Shown here one piece after another: positions 10,559 to 20,524 of a DNA stretch of 64,000 bases. The translations under genes and the position numbers were made by a program. Within the stretch, counting starts at the first letter, position 1. Every line of letters starts with the position of its first letter. The notes beneath the pieces were generated by a model that was not told the origin of the DNA, searched no databases, and was given only the letters and a program-made list of their open reading frames with translations. The stretch is from Thiohalospira sp. (GTDB lineage: Bacteria; Bacteroidota; Bacteroidia; Bacteroidales; UBA12077), in contig JBKHIH010000008.1 of NCBI GenBank assembly GCA_046538755.1, forward strand, positions 15,115-79,114. Reading direction: 5' to 3'.

Positions 10559-11374
10559 ATGATGTTTTTAACCATTTCCATTGATATTTTTAAAAATGCC
10601 GATATTTATTCGCCGGGAATAATAGCATTTCTAATCATTGCCGGATTTCTGGTTGGTGTAATCAATACCATTGCCGGCAGTGGCACGGTTATTACCTATT
10701 CGCTTTTTATGATGCTTGGGCTACCCATAAATTATGCCAATGGAACCATTCGCCTGGGCGTAATTATGCAAACCCTGGTTTCTACCCTAAATTTTAAAAG
10801 ACATAATATGCTGGATTGGAAAAAAGGGTTTAAACTGGCTCTGCCTGTAGTTATTGGATCGATATTGGGAGCACGAATAGCTGTAGAAATTAATGAAGCT
10901 ATATTTGAAAAAATTATGGCCGTCATATTACTTGTAATGATGTTTTTTATCTTTTACCGCCCTGAAAACTGGCTGAAAAATCAAATGCACAAAATAGAAC
11001 GCAAACCGGCCTATGTTCAGTTGCTTCTTTTTTTTGTTATTGGAGCGTACGGAGGATTTATCCATATTGGCGTAGGAATCTTTTTACTTTCGGCATTGGT
11101 GCTTAATGCAGGATATGACTTAGTAAAAGCCAATGCAATAAAAGTTATGACTGTTTTTTTGTATAGCCCTTTTGCTCTTGCAGTATTTATAATAAACGGC
11201 CAAATACATTATGGTATGGGATTAATAGCTGCTATTGGAAATGTCTTTGGAGGCTATGTAGGTTCCAGAATGGCAATTAGTTGGGGCAACAATTTTGTTC
11301 GATGGATTTTGATTGTTGTTATTGTACTATTCTCAGTTTACCTGCTAAATATCCCTGAATTATTGAAAAAATAA
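10559..11374 (+). CDS. Sulfite exporter TauE/SafE (TSUP) family membrane protein
   Basis: Motifs GFLVGVINTIAGSG, ANGT, GAYGGFIHIGVG and ANAIK. Confidence 0.9.
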   Translation: MMFLTISIDIFKNADIYSPGIIAFLIIAGFLVGVINTIAGSGTVITYSLFMMLGLPINYANGTIRLGVIMQTLVSTLNFKRHNMLDWKKGFKLALPVVIGSILGARIAVEINEAIFEKIMAVILLVMMFFIFYRPENWLKNQMHKIERKPAYVQLLLFFVIGAYGGFIHIGVGIFLLSALVLNAGYDLVKANAIKVMTVFLYSPFALAVFIINGQIHYGMGLIAAIGNVFGGYVGSRMAISWGNNFVRWILIVVIVLFSVYLLNIPELLKK

Positions 11375-12286
11375 TTAAATTTTTATGATTTTAATCTGAT
11401 AATTTTTTTCTAGTCGATCTATCTGATCCTCACTTTTTGAAAAACCCAATAAAAATCCACCACCTCCTGCCCCACATAATTTAAGGTAAAATTTGTCTGA
11501 TTCTAATCCATATTTCCATGTGGTTTTGAATTCAGGCACAATCATTTCTTCAAAATGCCGGTATTGAAACATAGAAAGTTCTTTTAGAGAAGAAAAGAAA
11601 TTCCCAATATCTTTATTTCTTAAGAACTGAATACACTGATTATTCAAATGTAAAAATTCGGTTTTAATTATATTCTCAAATTCAGAATCCATGCATTTAT
11701 TAAGGAAAATATTCACAAAATGTTCTGTTGATCTTGCTTTTTGGGTATCAATTAAAAAGGGATGATAAATAGAAAAATCAGGATTATAAATTTGAACAGA
11801 GTTTCGTTTAACATAAAACCCTTTATTTAAATAGCTTACCAAAGGATCAAAGCCGGAGCTGTTTCCATGAAAATAAGATTCAATAAAGGCTAACGTATTT
11901 CTTAATGAAAGCCATTGATCTTTTCCCAGGTTATCAATTACTTTTTCGAAATAATTCGAAAAAATGGCTGCGGTTAAAGCACCGGAACTTCCTATGCCAT
12001 ATCCTTCAGGGATTGTAGAATTGAAAAACAATCCATTTTTAATATCCGTTTTAAACTGATTGATATTAAAAGAATGAAAAAAGGCGGAATCATTTTCAGC
12101 TTTTTCTAAATATGTAAAAAGCTGGTTTAAAACTTCATTGGATCTAATCTTAGGTTTTAAATCTTTCGAATGGCTATTAATAAAATCCAATTCTCCGGAA
12201 AATTGATTAAAAGGAATAACTAAAGCATCCGATTGATACAAAACGGCATACTCACCAAACAAAAGTATTTTAGCGTTAAATCTCAT
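11375..12286 (-). CDS. mvk: Mevalonate kinase (GHMP family)
   Basis: Motifs AKILLFGEYAV, PEGYGIGSSGAL, ESYFHGNSSGFD and KLCGAGGGGF. Confidence 0.85.
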   Translation of the reverse strand: MRFNAKILLFGEYAVLYQSDALVIPFNQFSGELDFINSHSKDLKPKIRSNEVLNQLFTYLEKAENDSAFFHSFNINQFKTDIKNGLFFNSTIPEGYGIGSSGALTAAIFSNYFEKVIDNLGKDQWLSLRNTLAFIESYFHGNSSGFDPLVSYLNKGFYVKRNSVQIYNPDFSIYHPFLIDTQKARSTEHFVNIFLNKCMDSEFENIIKTEFLHLNNQCIQFLRNKDIGNFFSSLKELSMFQYRHFEEMIVPEFKTTWKYGLESDKFYLKLCGAGGGGFLLGFSKSEDQIDRLEKNYQIKIIKI

Positions 12287-13392
12287 TCAAAAATTTGTTT
12301 TGGCCCATCTGAAATTTCATCATCGATCCATTCTCCATTTTCGCAAAATTGTATTAGCTCATTTTTAATAAAATTAACCATTTTAGCTTTTATTTTGTTC
12401 GGATACAGAATATGAACGTTTGGCCCGGCATCAAGGGTAATAGCAAAGTTAAGCCGGTTCTTTTGCCTGAATTCATTCAGTTTTTCAATAACAACTAATG
12501 TATCGGGTTTTATTAAAAATACCGAAGGATTCGAAGATAACATTAAAGCATGCAAGGTCATGGCTTCGTTTTCTACAATTTCGGCAAACAACTTCTCTCC
12601 GCCTGATTTTAGTGCTAATAGAATTTTTTCCAGGTTAACATTCGCCTGAAGATACCTTGCTTTTGCAAAAGGATGATTTTCCATGAGCACATGTCCTTTG
12701 GAACTTGAAGAAGCTTTTTGGCCCGAATCAATAATTAAAACCGCATTCCGGTAAGTTTTAAATATTTGATGCACCTGTTCATCAATTGGCATGGCGTATT
12801 CATCAGATGATTCAGGTACCGTTTCGGTTTTTCCCCACAAAACAGTTTTTCCGGAAACCGAGCGGGAGGCACTTCCTGAACCCAAACGTGCTAGAAAAGA
12901 AGCTTTTCTGTTAAATTTTTCCTTGCCGGAAAGTGTTTGAAACATTTCTTGTTCAATACTGCATAAACAATGTGCCAAAGCACTGAATGATGATGCAGAA
13001 GAAGCAATTCCTGCCGAATGTGGGAATGTATTGTGGCTGTAAATCGTAAAATCCAGATTATTAAGAAAAGGTAAATACACCGAAATCTTTTCAAAATAGC
13101 TTTTCACACGCTTTTCAAAAGGATAATTTCGTTTATCTTCAAAAAAATATTGAATATTAGATTCGCTGCTTTTTCTTTTTTGATAAATGATTTTGGTTAC
13201 TGTTTTCGAATTCTTCAAATTAAAACTCAACGACGGATTCTGTGGCAATTGATCACCTTTCTTTCCCCAGTATTTAATCAAAGCAATATTTGACGGACTC
13301 TCCCAACGCACAACTTTACTGCCCTTCATATCAAAATGATGTAATTGGGCCGCATCTTTTTTGTATTGATCAGAAATATAATGTTCGTTCAT
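12283..13392 (-). CDS. mvaD: Diphosphomevalonate decarboxylase
   Basis: Motifs SPSNIALIKYWGK, FPHSAGIASSAS, ARLGSGSASRS and TLDAGPNVH. Confidence 0.93.
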   Translation of the reverse strand: MNEHYISDQYKKDAAQLHHFDMKGSKVVRWESPSNIALIKYWGKKGDQLPQNPSLSFNLKNSKTVTKIIYQKRKSSESNIQYFFEDKRNYPFEKRVKSYFEKISVYLPFLNNLDFTIYSHNTFPHSAGIASSASSFSALAHCLCSIEQEMFQTLSGKEKFNRKASFLARLGSGSASRSVSGKTVLWGKTETVPESSDEYAMPIDEQVHQIFKTYRNAVLIIDSGQKASSSSKGHVLMENHPFAKARYLQANVNLEKILLALKSGGEKLFAEIVENEAMTLHALMLSSNPSVFLIKPDTLVVIEKLNEFRQKNRLNFAITLDAGPNVHILYPNKIKAKMVNFIKNELIQFCENGEWIDDEISDGPKQIFE

Positions 13393-14303
13393 AAAACCAG
13401 TGTTTTATAAGAAAGAATTACATCCAAACCTTTTCTATTAAAATAGTTTTTCACATCGTCCGATTCACCCTTATAAGTTGCCATCACAAAATCACCACCC
13501 CACGCTCCCAGTGATTTCACAGCGCCTTTAAAATCCGGAAAATATTTTGATTTTACAGTTGATTCGTTGATGCTTTTTGAAATGATTTCTTCATGCTCAT
13601 TGATGTAATTTTCAAATTCATCCAATGTTTTCGACTCAACCACAGCGCGTGTTAATTTAGTGATTTTGTCTATCTCGCTTTTTTTAGCTTTTATTTTAGC
13701 TTTATTCGTTCGAACGCTTCTTAACGAATCCTGCTTTTTACCTAAGTACACAAAATATATTTTATTCAAAAAATCAGGTTCAAATTTCACAGAATTAATT
13801 ATTGGTTTATCTTTATATTGATACAAAATAACACTATCAGAGCGTGCACAGGCTATATCATAACCCGAGCCTTCAAATAATGAAAAAAATAACTCATATG
13901 GATTGATATCGGCCCACCACGCCAGGTTAGAAATTAAGGATGAACTACTTCCCAAACCCCATTCGGGCAAAAATTCAAGCTGTGTTTTGATTTGAATAGC
14001 CATATTTTCAGACAGAACATCGCTCTTATCTTTAATATAATTCAACAGTTTTTGAAGGTAGTTTGCAATATATAAATCGTTTGTATCGATGATATCTAAA
14101 GAATTATAATCGTAAGTAGCTAAAAACCATAATTTGTTATTAATGTAAGATTCCCACTTAATTTCGGGTTTTGCATCTTTATGTTTTTCAACAAATAGGT
14201 GTTGACCCGATTTTAAAGGCACAGCCAATGCCAGCGACCCTTCCATTACGAAGTATTCTCCGGTTAACAACAATTTACCATTTGAATAAAACGAATGACT
14301 CAT
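13389..14303 (-). CDS. GYDIA-family GHMP kinase (probable Bacteroidota-type phosphomevalonate kinase)
   Basis: Motifs SNGKLLLTGEY, WGLGSSS, GSGYDIACA and KSLGAWGGDF; lies between HMGR and mvaD. Confidence 0.85.
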   Translation of the reverse strand: MSHSFYSNGKLLLTGEYFVMEGSLALAVPLKSGQHLFVEKHKDAKPEIKWESYINNKLWFLATYDYNSLDIIDTNDLYIANYLQKLLNYIKDKSDVLSENMAIQIKTQLEFLPEWGLGSSSSLISNLAWWADINPYELFFSLFEGSGYDIACARSDSVILYQYKDKPIINSVKFEPDFLNKIYFVYLGKKQDSLRSVRTNKAKIKAKKSEIDKITKLTRAVVESKTLDEFENYINEHEEIISKSINESTVKSKYFPDFKGAVKSLGAWGGDFVMATYKGESDDVKNYFNRKGLDVILSYKTLVL

Positions 14304-15628
14304 CTTACGGAATTTACTTTTATTGATGCCAAATATTCCTGAACCGCTTTGTGCGAGACTTTCCTGTCTTTAAAATAGGCTGTGGCTTTTTCTTTCTCCG
14401 TTTCATCAGCATTGAGTGAATTAAGAATATTATTCAAGTGAAAACGCATATGTCCTTTCTGAATTCCGGATGTTGTAAGCGCTTTGATCGCAGAAAAAGT
14501 ATTGGCCAAACCTGCGGCTGCTGTTATTTCCATTAATTCGCGAGCCGATGGATTATCTAATATCTCCATGGAAAGTTTAGCCAGCGGATGCATGTTGGTT
14601 AATCCGCCAACAGTACCCAGTGCCATTGGGATTTTCAAAGTATACCTGAATTTTCCATCACTAATATCGGCACAAGTTAAACTTTTATAGTGTCCGTCAC
14701 TGGAAGCATAAGAATGGCCACATGCTTCAACTGCCCTGAAATCATTGCCTGTAGCAAGTACCACAGCATCAATACCATTGTATATGCCCTTATTGTGGGT
14801 TGTTGCCCTGTAAATATCAATATTGGCTATATCCACAGCCGTTTTAAACTTACGTGCAAATTCTTCAGGCGGTAATTCTCCGGATATTTCAGACAAATGA
14901 TCAATTGGGCATTCGACAGAACATTCCACGATACTCTCCGGCGTGTGGTTCGATAAAATAGCCATGATAATTTCACAACTTTTTCCGTTCCCGGTAAAAT
15001 GATTATCCATATACTGTTTTAAAGTATCAGACATTTGCTCCAACACCGAATTAATAATATTGGCGCCCATAGCATCAGCAGTTTCGAAAGAAACTTTTAA
15101 CTGGTAATAACCTTCTAATTGATCAGTAAAATCAATAAGTTCAATATTTGTAACTCCGCCACCGCGCTTTTTCATATTTGCAAGCAAAGATTCAGAATCT
15201 TTAATCAATTGATTTTTAAGATTATCCAATTGATTCAATAAAACTGCAAAATCGCCATTCCAATGAAAATGCACCTGTCCCACTTTGGTTGTAGATAGAA
15301 CATTGGACTTAAATCCGCCTTTATCGAACCAGAATTTGGCAGCAGCAGATGCAGCGGCAACAACCGAACTTTCTTCAATCACCATCGGCACAAAATAGTA
15401 TTTTCCGTTGATCAAAAAATTCGGAGCAATACTGAAAGGTAGAAAGTAATTGGACATTACATTTTCGCTGATTTCTTCCAGCCTTGACTGAATATGATGA
15501 TCGTTTACCTTAAACTCATCCAAAATCTTAAAATTCTCTGTTTCTTTATTTTGCTGATTAGCAATTAATTCAAGCTTTTCCTGGTTACTTAATTTCGAAA
15601 ATCCACTTATATATTTAAATTGTGTCAT
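14300..15628 (-). CDS. mvaA: Class II HMG-CoA reductase
   Basis: Motifs EESSVVAA, DAMGAN, THNKG, GNDFRAVEA and GIQKGHM. Confidence 0.94.
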   Translation of the reverse strand: MTQFKYISGFSKLSNQEKLELIANQQNKETENFKILDEFKVNDHHIQSRLEEISENVMSNYFLPFSIAPNFLINGKYYFVPMVIEESSVVAAASAAAKFWFDKGGFKSNVLSTTKVGQVHFHWNGDFAVLLNQLDNLKNQLIKDSESLLANMKKRGGGVTNIELIDFTDQLEGYYQLKVSFETADAMGANIINSVLEQMSDTLKQYMDNHFTGNGKSCEIIMAILSNHTPESIVECSVECPIDHLSEISGELPPEEFARKFKTAVDIANIDIYRATTHNKGIYNGIDAVVLATGNDFRAVEACGHSYASSDGHYKSLTCADISDGKFRYTLKIPMALGTVGGLTNMHPLAKLSMEILDNPSARELMEITAAAGLANTFSAIKALTTSGIQKGHMRFHLNNILNSLNADETEKEKATAYFKDRKVSHKAVQEYLASIKVNSVR

Positions 15629-15744
15629 GGTTTATTTCTTTGTTGTTATGTCCGTTTTTATATCCTTAGTATTTATATTAATAAAAATCAATTAGTTTAC
15701 CCCTTAACCCTGAAGGGAGCAAATTGATTTTTACACACATTTTA

Positions 15745-15764
15745 CTACCGAAAGATTTCGGTAG
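15745..15764. repeat. REP-like palindrome (TMCCGA-N6-TCGGKA family)
   Basis: CTACCGAAA-GA-TTTCGGTAG has the same 18-nt core layout as 21932-21949 and 28839-28856. Confidence 0.55.
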
Positions 15765-15783
15765 GAGTAAATAAAGAAAATCA

Positions 15784-16779
15784 TTATTCTTTTATCGTTA
15801 AATAGGCATAAGCCATTTGCAAACCTTTTATCTGATACTGAATATATTCTTTTAATTTTTCATAATCTTCGCGAGCATAGCGTAGCATCGTTGATGCCTG
15901 CCCATAAATTGAAGGTAAATTGCTTTTTTTCATCAGGTAATATCCATCTAAAAAAGATTTTATTCCGCCCGAAATAATAATCTGTTTACATTTTATGTCA
16001 TTCGAATTTTCGACAATGGTGTTGATATCATCAATCATTTGTTCTGCACTATTTCCTACTTTCGAAAAAGGTTCCAGCATTTCATTAACAATCGGTAAAC
16101 TACGTTTCAATTCCACTTTCGAAAAATTGGTTCCGCCATAAGCGCCCAGCTCTATTGCTTCCAATGGCAGTTTCAACAGTTCTTTCAAACTTTCAGGCCC
16201 AAAGCCCTGCCCTACTTCTTTTACAATGACTTTTAGCTTTGATTTTTCCAAAAATGACCGAATCGTTTCTATCGGAGATTGAACCAAAACATCACCTTCG
16301 GGTTGCAACCATTCCTGTATCGGGTTTACATGAATCACCAATCCATCAGCACGTAGTTTTGTAACCAGATCAACAATTTCCTGAACTTTATTTTGAACAA
16401 TAGCCTGTTCAATCTGACTAATCCCTAAATTGGCATAAAACGGATATTGATCGCCAATCATATCTCTTAAATCGAAATGACTCAGGTATTCGTCGCTTTC
16501 CAGCAAAGTACGGCACGATCCTAATCCCATGCCTAATCCAAACTCATTGCAGGCTCTGGCTAAATTGGTGTTAATAATTTTTGCATATTCTGTTCCGCCT
16601 GTCATACTAGAAATCCACAACGGATAATTCATTGTTTTACCCAAAAATTGAATCGACAAATCGCTCTTCTTAGGATGCGGTTTTAACATCGGTTCGTAAT
16701 TAAACCGGTTGTCGTGCTCAATTACTGATGTCTGTGAATTTAAGGCCAAATCAATATGGTCTTTTTTCCGTTTTTCCAT
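15784..16779 (-). CDS. fni: Type 2 isopentenyl-diphosphate delta-isomerase (FMN-dependent)
   Basis: Motifs RKKDHI, ISSMTGG, MGLGS, HVNPIQE..QPEGD, VKEVGQG and GGTNF. Confidence 0.93.
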   Translation of the reverse strand: MEKRKKDHIDLALNSQTSVIEHDNRFNYEPMLKPHPKKSDLSIQFLGKTMNYPLWISSMTGGTEYAKIINTNLARACNEFGLGMGLGSCRTLLESDEYLSHFDLRDMIGDQYPFYANLGISQIEQAIVQNKVQEIVDLVTKLRADGLVIHVNPIQEWLQPEGDVLVQSPIETIRSFLEKSKLKVIVKEVGQGFGPESLKELLKLPLEAIELGAYGGTNFSKVELKRSLPIVNEMLEPFSKVGNSAEQMIDDINTIVENSNDIKCKQIIISGGIKSFLDGYYLMKKSNLPSIYGQASTMLRYAREDYEKLKEYIQYQIKGLQMAYAYLTIKE

Positions 16780-16789
16780 AACTTAAGAT

Positions 16790-17950
16790 TTAAATCCCCA
16801 TCTCTTTGCCGATAACCATTTTTAAAATCTCCGACGTTCCTTCTCCTATACTTAATATTCGCTGGTCGCGATAAAACCTTTCAATATCATTATCTTTAAA
16901 TAAGCCATATCCGCCAAAAATCTGAACCGCTTCGTCGGCAATTTCCCTGGCAATTTCAGATGTATACAATTTAGCTATGGCCGCCTGTTTGGCAAATGGC
17001 TGTTCATTATCTTTTAACCAGCAGCTGGTATAAAGATAGTTTCGTGCCAGTTCGATTTTCACTTCCATATCAACCAGTTTGTGAGAAATAACCTGAAATT
17101 GATTCAGGCTGGAACCAAATTGTTTTCGTCGCATCGAATAATCTTTAGCCATATCCAAAGCGCCTTGTGCCAGGCCCAGGCCAATTGCAGCAACAGAAAG
17201 CCTTCCGGCATCGAGTGTTTCCAAAATAATTCGTAAGCCCTTACCCTGTTTGCCCAAAAGGTTTTCTTTGGGTATTTTGGTATTATTAAAGGTAAGCCGC
17301 CCTGTATCAGCAGCACGCCATACCATTTTATTTTTAATACTTTCGGCCTGATATTTTGATTTATCTCTTTCTACTAAAATAGCAGAGTATTCCTTTTTGT
17401 TTGGATCACTGCTTGTATTCGTCAATAATGTAACTCCCATAGAAACAGCTGAAGCCGAATTGGTGATAAATATTTTTTGCCCGTTTACCACCCAGTAATT
17501 GTTTTCTAACCTGGCTGTGGTTTCTATTGCTTTAGCATCGGATCCTGCATTGGGTTCGGTTAAACCAAAACCCCATATATATTGGCCGGTAGTTAATTTG
17601 CGCAACAATCGCTGTCTTTGATCATCCGTTCCGTATTTAAAAATTGGCGACAATCCTAATGAGTTATGCGCAGCAACTGTAGCTGCTTGCGAACTATCGA
17701 TCCGAGCCAGCTCTTCAACAGCAATAATATAAGATAGCATATCCATATCTTGCCCGCCATATTCTTTTGGAATAGTTATTCCGAACAATCCCAGTTGTCC
17801 CATTTTTAGGGTTATCTCCGGCGAAAATTCAGAATGCTCGTCTAATTTCTGGGCGAATGGTTTTATTTCCTGTATCGCAAATTCTCTAACTTGCGACCTT
17901 AACTTTTCGTGTTTCTCGTTTAATAATGGATGAAATATATTTTTAATCAT
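16790..17950 (-). CDS. Acyl-CoA dehydrogenase (probably branched-chain/isovaleryl-CoA, by context)
   Basis: Motifs FGLTEPNAGSD, NGQKIFITN, RKQFG, VQIFGGYG and IGEGTSE; adjacent to LiuB/LiuC-like genes. Confidence 0.88.
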   Translation of the reverse strand: MIKNIFHPLLNEKHEKLRSQVREFAIQEIKPFAQKLDEHSEFSPEITLKMGQLGLFGITIPKEYGGQDMDMLSYIIAVEELARIDSSQAATVAAHNSLGLSPIFKYGTDDQRQRLLRKLTTGQYIWGFGLTEPNAGSDAKAIETTARLENNYWVVNGQKIFITNSASAVSMGVTLLTNTSSDPNKKEYSAILVERDKSKYQAESIKNKMVWRAADTGRLTFNNTKIPKENLLGKQGKGLRIILETLDAGRLSVAAIGLGLAQGALDMAKDYSMRRKQFGSSLNQFQVISHKLVDMEVKIELARNYLYTSCWLKDNEQPFAKQAAIAKLYTSEIAREIADEAVQIFGGYGLFKDNDIERFYRDQRILSIGEGTSEILKMVIGKEMGI

Positions 17951-17980
17951 TATCCGTTTATTTTATAATAAATACTCAAA

Positions 17981-18775
17981 TCATTTACTGTTGTTCCACG
18001 CCGGTTTTCTTTTCTCTAAAAATGCCGAAATACCTTCGAATGCTTCTTCCGATATTTTCAAACCCGCAATTGAATTTGCCGTTAAATCATTCATTTGATC
18101 ATGATTCAATCCTTTTTTTAGCTCTCTGATTAAAAACTTAATTTCTTTAATCCCATTGGGAGATGCTTTTAAAAGATCGTTAATTAAAGATTCAATGGTT
18201 AACTCAATTTCTTTATCATCTACTACAAAATCCACCAGGTGATAGTTCATCGCTTCGTTGGCAGATATTCTTTTCCCTGTAATCATCAAAAATTTGGCTT
18301 TGTGCTCGTTTAAACGGGTAAGCACATAAGGCAAAATGGTTGATGGTGCAAGGCCAATTTTGACTTCAGAAAATGAAAATACAGAATCTTTTTTGGCAAG
18401 GACAATATCAGCTGCTGCTAACAATCCGTTCCCGCCGCCAAAAACATTTCCGGTTGCGACTGCAATAACTGGTTTTGAACAATGGTAAATCTTACTTAAA
18501 CAATCAGTCCAAAGCTTCCCATCTTGCAAGTTTTCATCAAACCCAGATTTGTTCTTTTCCAGCATCTTTTTTAAATCTGCTCCGGCGCTGAACGATTTGC
18601 CTTTTCCCCTTAGAATAATTACACGAACATGATGATCATTTTCCAAAAGCTGAAAAATTGATATCAACTCCCGAAGCATTTCATTGTTTACCGCATTCTG
18701 TACATCAGGCCTGTTCAGCCAAACCGTTGCGGCATAATCTTGAATGTCAACTTTTATGTTACTATAATCTCTCAT
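17981..18775 (-). CDS. Enoyl-CoA hydratase family, probable methylglutaconyl-CoA hydratase (LiuC-like)
   Basis: Motifs LNRPDVQNA, FSAGADL, GNVFGGGNGLLAAAD, FSEVKIGLAP and EGISAFLEKRKPAW. Confidence 0.85.
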   Translation of the reverse strand: MRDYSNIKVDIQDYAATVWLNRPDVQNAVNNEMLRELISIFQLLENDHHVRVIILRGKGKSFSAGADLKKMLEKNKSGFDENLQDGKLWTDCLSKIYHCSKPVIAVATGNVFGGGNGLLAAADIVLAKKDSVFSFSEVKIGLAPSTILPYVLTRLNEHKAKFLMITGKRISANEAMNYHLVDFVVDDKEIELTIESLINDLLKASPNGIKEIKFLIRELKKGLNHDQMNDLTANSIAGLKISEEAFEGISAFLEKRKPAWNNSK

Positions 18776-18780
18776 TTCAA

Positions 18781-20412
18781 CTACATCCGGTAAATTCCGG
18801 GTTTATAATCAGGTATTTCTTTATTAGCAGCTATTGAAAGTCCCAGAGCAATCATTTTGCGCGTATCCACCGGATCAATAATTCCATCGTCCCAAATCCG
18901 GGAAGTACTAAAATAAGCTGAACCTTCCTGCTCATATCTTTCAGTAATCTGCTTTTTTAACTCATCTTCGTTGTCAGAGCCATTTTTCTTAACACTCCAT
19001 AATACTTCTGCTGCCTGGCGGCCTCCCATAACAGAAATTTTAGCATTGGGCCAGGTAAACAGTAAATTCGGATGATAAGCTCTGCCTGCCATGGCATAAT
19101 TTCCTGCACCATGCGATCGCCCATAAATAATGGTAATTTTGGGAACATTGGTATTGGCTACAGCATGAACCATTTTAGCTCCATCCTTTGCAATTCCTTT
19201 ATGCTCGGCATCTTTGCCTACCATAAATCCCGAGATGTTATGTAAGAAAACCAATGGTATTTTTCGAATACTGCACATTTCAATAAAGTGTGTTCCTTTT
19301 AAAGCCGATTCGGAAAATAGCACTCCGTTATTTGCTATAATACCAATAGTTTGGCCTTTAATTTTTGCAAACCCGGTAACCAGGGTTTTTCCGTAATTCG
19401 GTTTAAATTCCTGGAATTTACTTCCGTCAACCAATCGGGCAATAATTTCGTAAGGATCCATCCAACGAGAACTTTGTGAATGAATAATACCATATAACTC
19501 CTTTGCGGGATACAATGGTTCTTCAACTTTCTCAGAGCGTTGGACTGACTTTTTAGGTTTTGGCAAATTTTCAAAAATATTCCTGCACATCTGAATGGCT
19601 TCTTCTTCAGTTTTTGCCAAATAATCCGCAACACCCGAAATGTGCGTATGTGCATAAGCACCCCCTAAATCTTCGGCCGAAATGGTTTCTCCAATTGCAG
19701 CTTTCACCAGTGGAGGCCCTGCTAAAAATATGGTTCCCTGATTTTCCACTATTATCGATTCATCGCTCATTGCCGGAATATAAGCTCCACCTGCAGTACA
19801 AGAACCCATAACCATAGCTATTTGAGGAATTCCTGCTGCCGATAAACGTGACTGATTATAAAAAATTTTTCCAAAATGCTCCCTGTCGGCAAAAACATTA
19901 GCCTGTTCAGGCAGAAAAACCCCACCCGATTCAACAATATAAACACAAGGCAGATGATGCTCATAAGCAATTTCCTGTGCCCGTAAATGCTTTTTTATTG
20001 TTTCGTTTACGTAAGTTCCACCCTTAACCGTAGGATCATTAGCAATTATTATACTCTCAATACCCTGAATGATTCCAATTCCGGTTACAATTCCGGCAGA
20101 ATAAAATTTACCTTCGTACAAATCATTGGTAGCCAAAGCAGAAAATTCATAAAACTCTGTTTCAGAATCAATTAATGCATTAATCCTTTCCCTGGCTAAC
20201 CATTTCCCTTTTGATTTGTGCTTCTGAACGTAAGGGTCATCATTCCTTTCAGTTGTTTTTTGCAACTTGTTTTTGAAATCATCTATAATCTGAAGGGTTT
20301 CGTTATAATTGCTTTTATATTCGTCAGAACCTGATTTAACTTTAGACTTTATAACTGTTAAATCATTCAACCCATTTGCTTTAAAGTAGTTAAGTGTTGC
20401 TGTTAAATTCAT
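18781..20412 (-). CDS. Methylcrotonyl-CoA carboxylase carboxyltransferase (beta) subunit (LiuB/MccB-like)
   Basis: Motifs ANDPTVKGGTY, KKHLRAQEIA, GSCTAGGAY, GIAKDGAKMV, WDDGIIDP and terminal GIYRM. Confidence 0.92.
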   Translation of the reverse strand: MNLTATLNYFKANGLNDLTVIKSKVKSGSDEYKSNYNETLQIIDDFKNKLQKTTERNDDPYVQKHKSKGKWLARERINALIDSETEFYEFSALATNDLYEGKFYSAGIVTGIGIIQGIESIIIANDPTVKGGTYVNETIKKHLRAQEIAYEHHLPCVYIVESGGVFLPEQANVFADREHFGKIFYNQSRLSAAGIPQIAMVMGSCTAGGAYIPAMSDESIIVENQGTIFLAGPPLVKAAIGETISAEDLGGAYAHTHISGVADYLAKTEEEAIQMCRNIFENLPKPKKSVQRSEKVEEPLYPAKELYGIIHSQSSRWMDPYEIIARLVDGSKFQEFKPNYGKTLVTGFAKIKGQTIGIIANNGVLFSESALKGTHFIEMCSIRKIPLVFLHNISGFMVGKDAEHKGIAKDGAKMVHAVANTNVPKITIIYGRSHGAGNYAMAGRAYHPNLLFTWPNAKISVMGGRQAAEVLWSVKKNGSDNEDELKKQITERYEQEGSAYFSTSRIWDDGIIDPVDTRKMIALGLSIAANKEIPDYKPGIYRM

Positions 20413-20438
20413 TTTATTTATCTTTTTTAAACAGGAAT

Positions 20439-20473
20439 ATGCTGAATATTACTTAGCAGGTAATACCCAGCAT
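20439..20473 (-). other. Intercistronic stem-loop between the prenyltransferase and carboxyltransferase genes
   Basis: On the minus strand ATGCTGGGTATTAC pairs with GTAATATTCAGCAT (G-U allowed). There is no clean U-tract, so it may be an mRNA stabiliser or a weak terminator. Confidence 0.5.
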
Positions 20474-20524
20474 CCCTTTTTATTCAAGTATTTGCACTAA
20501 AAAAATCATGCAAATACCATATAT

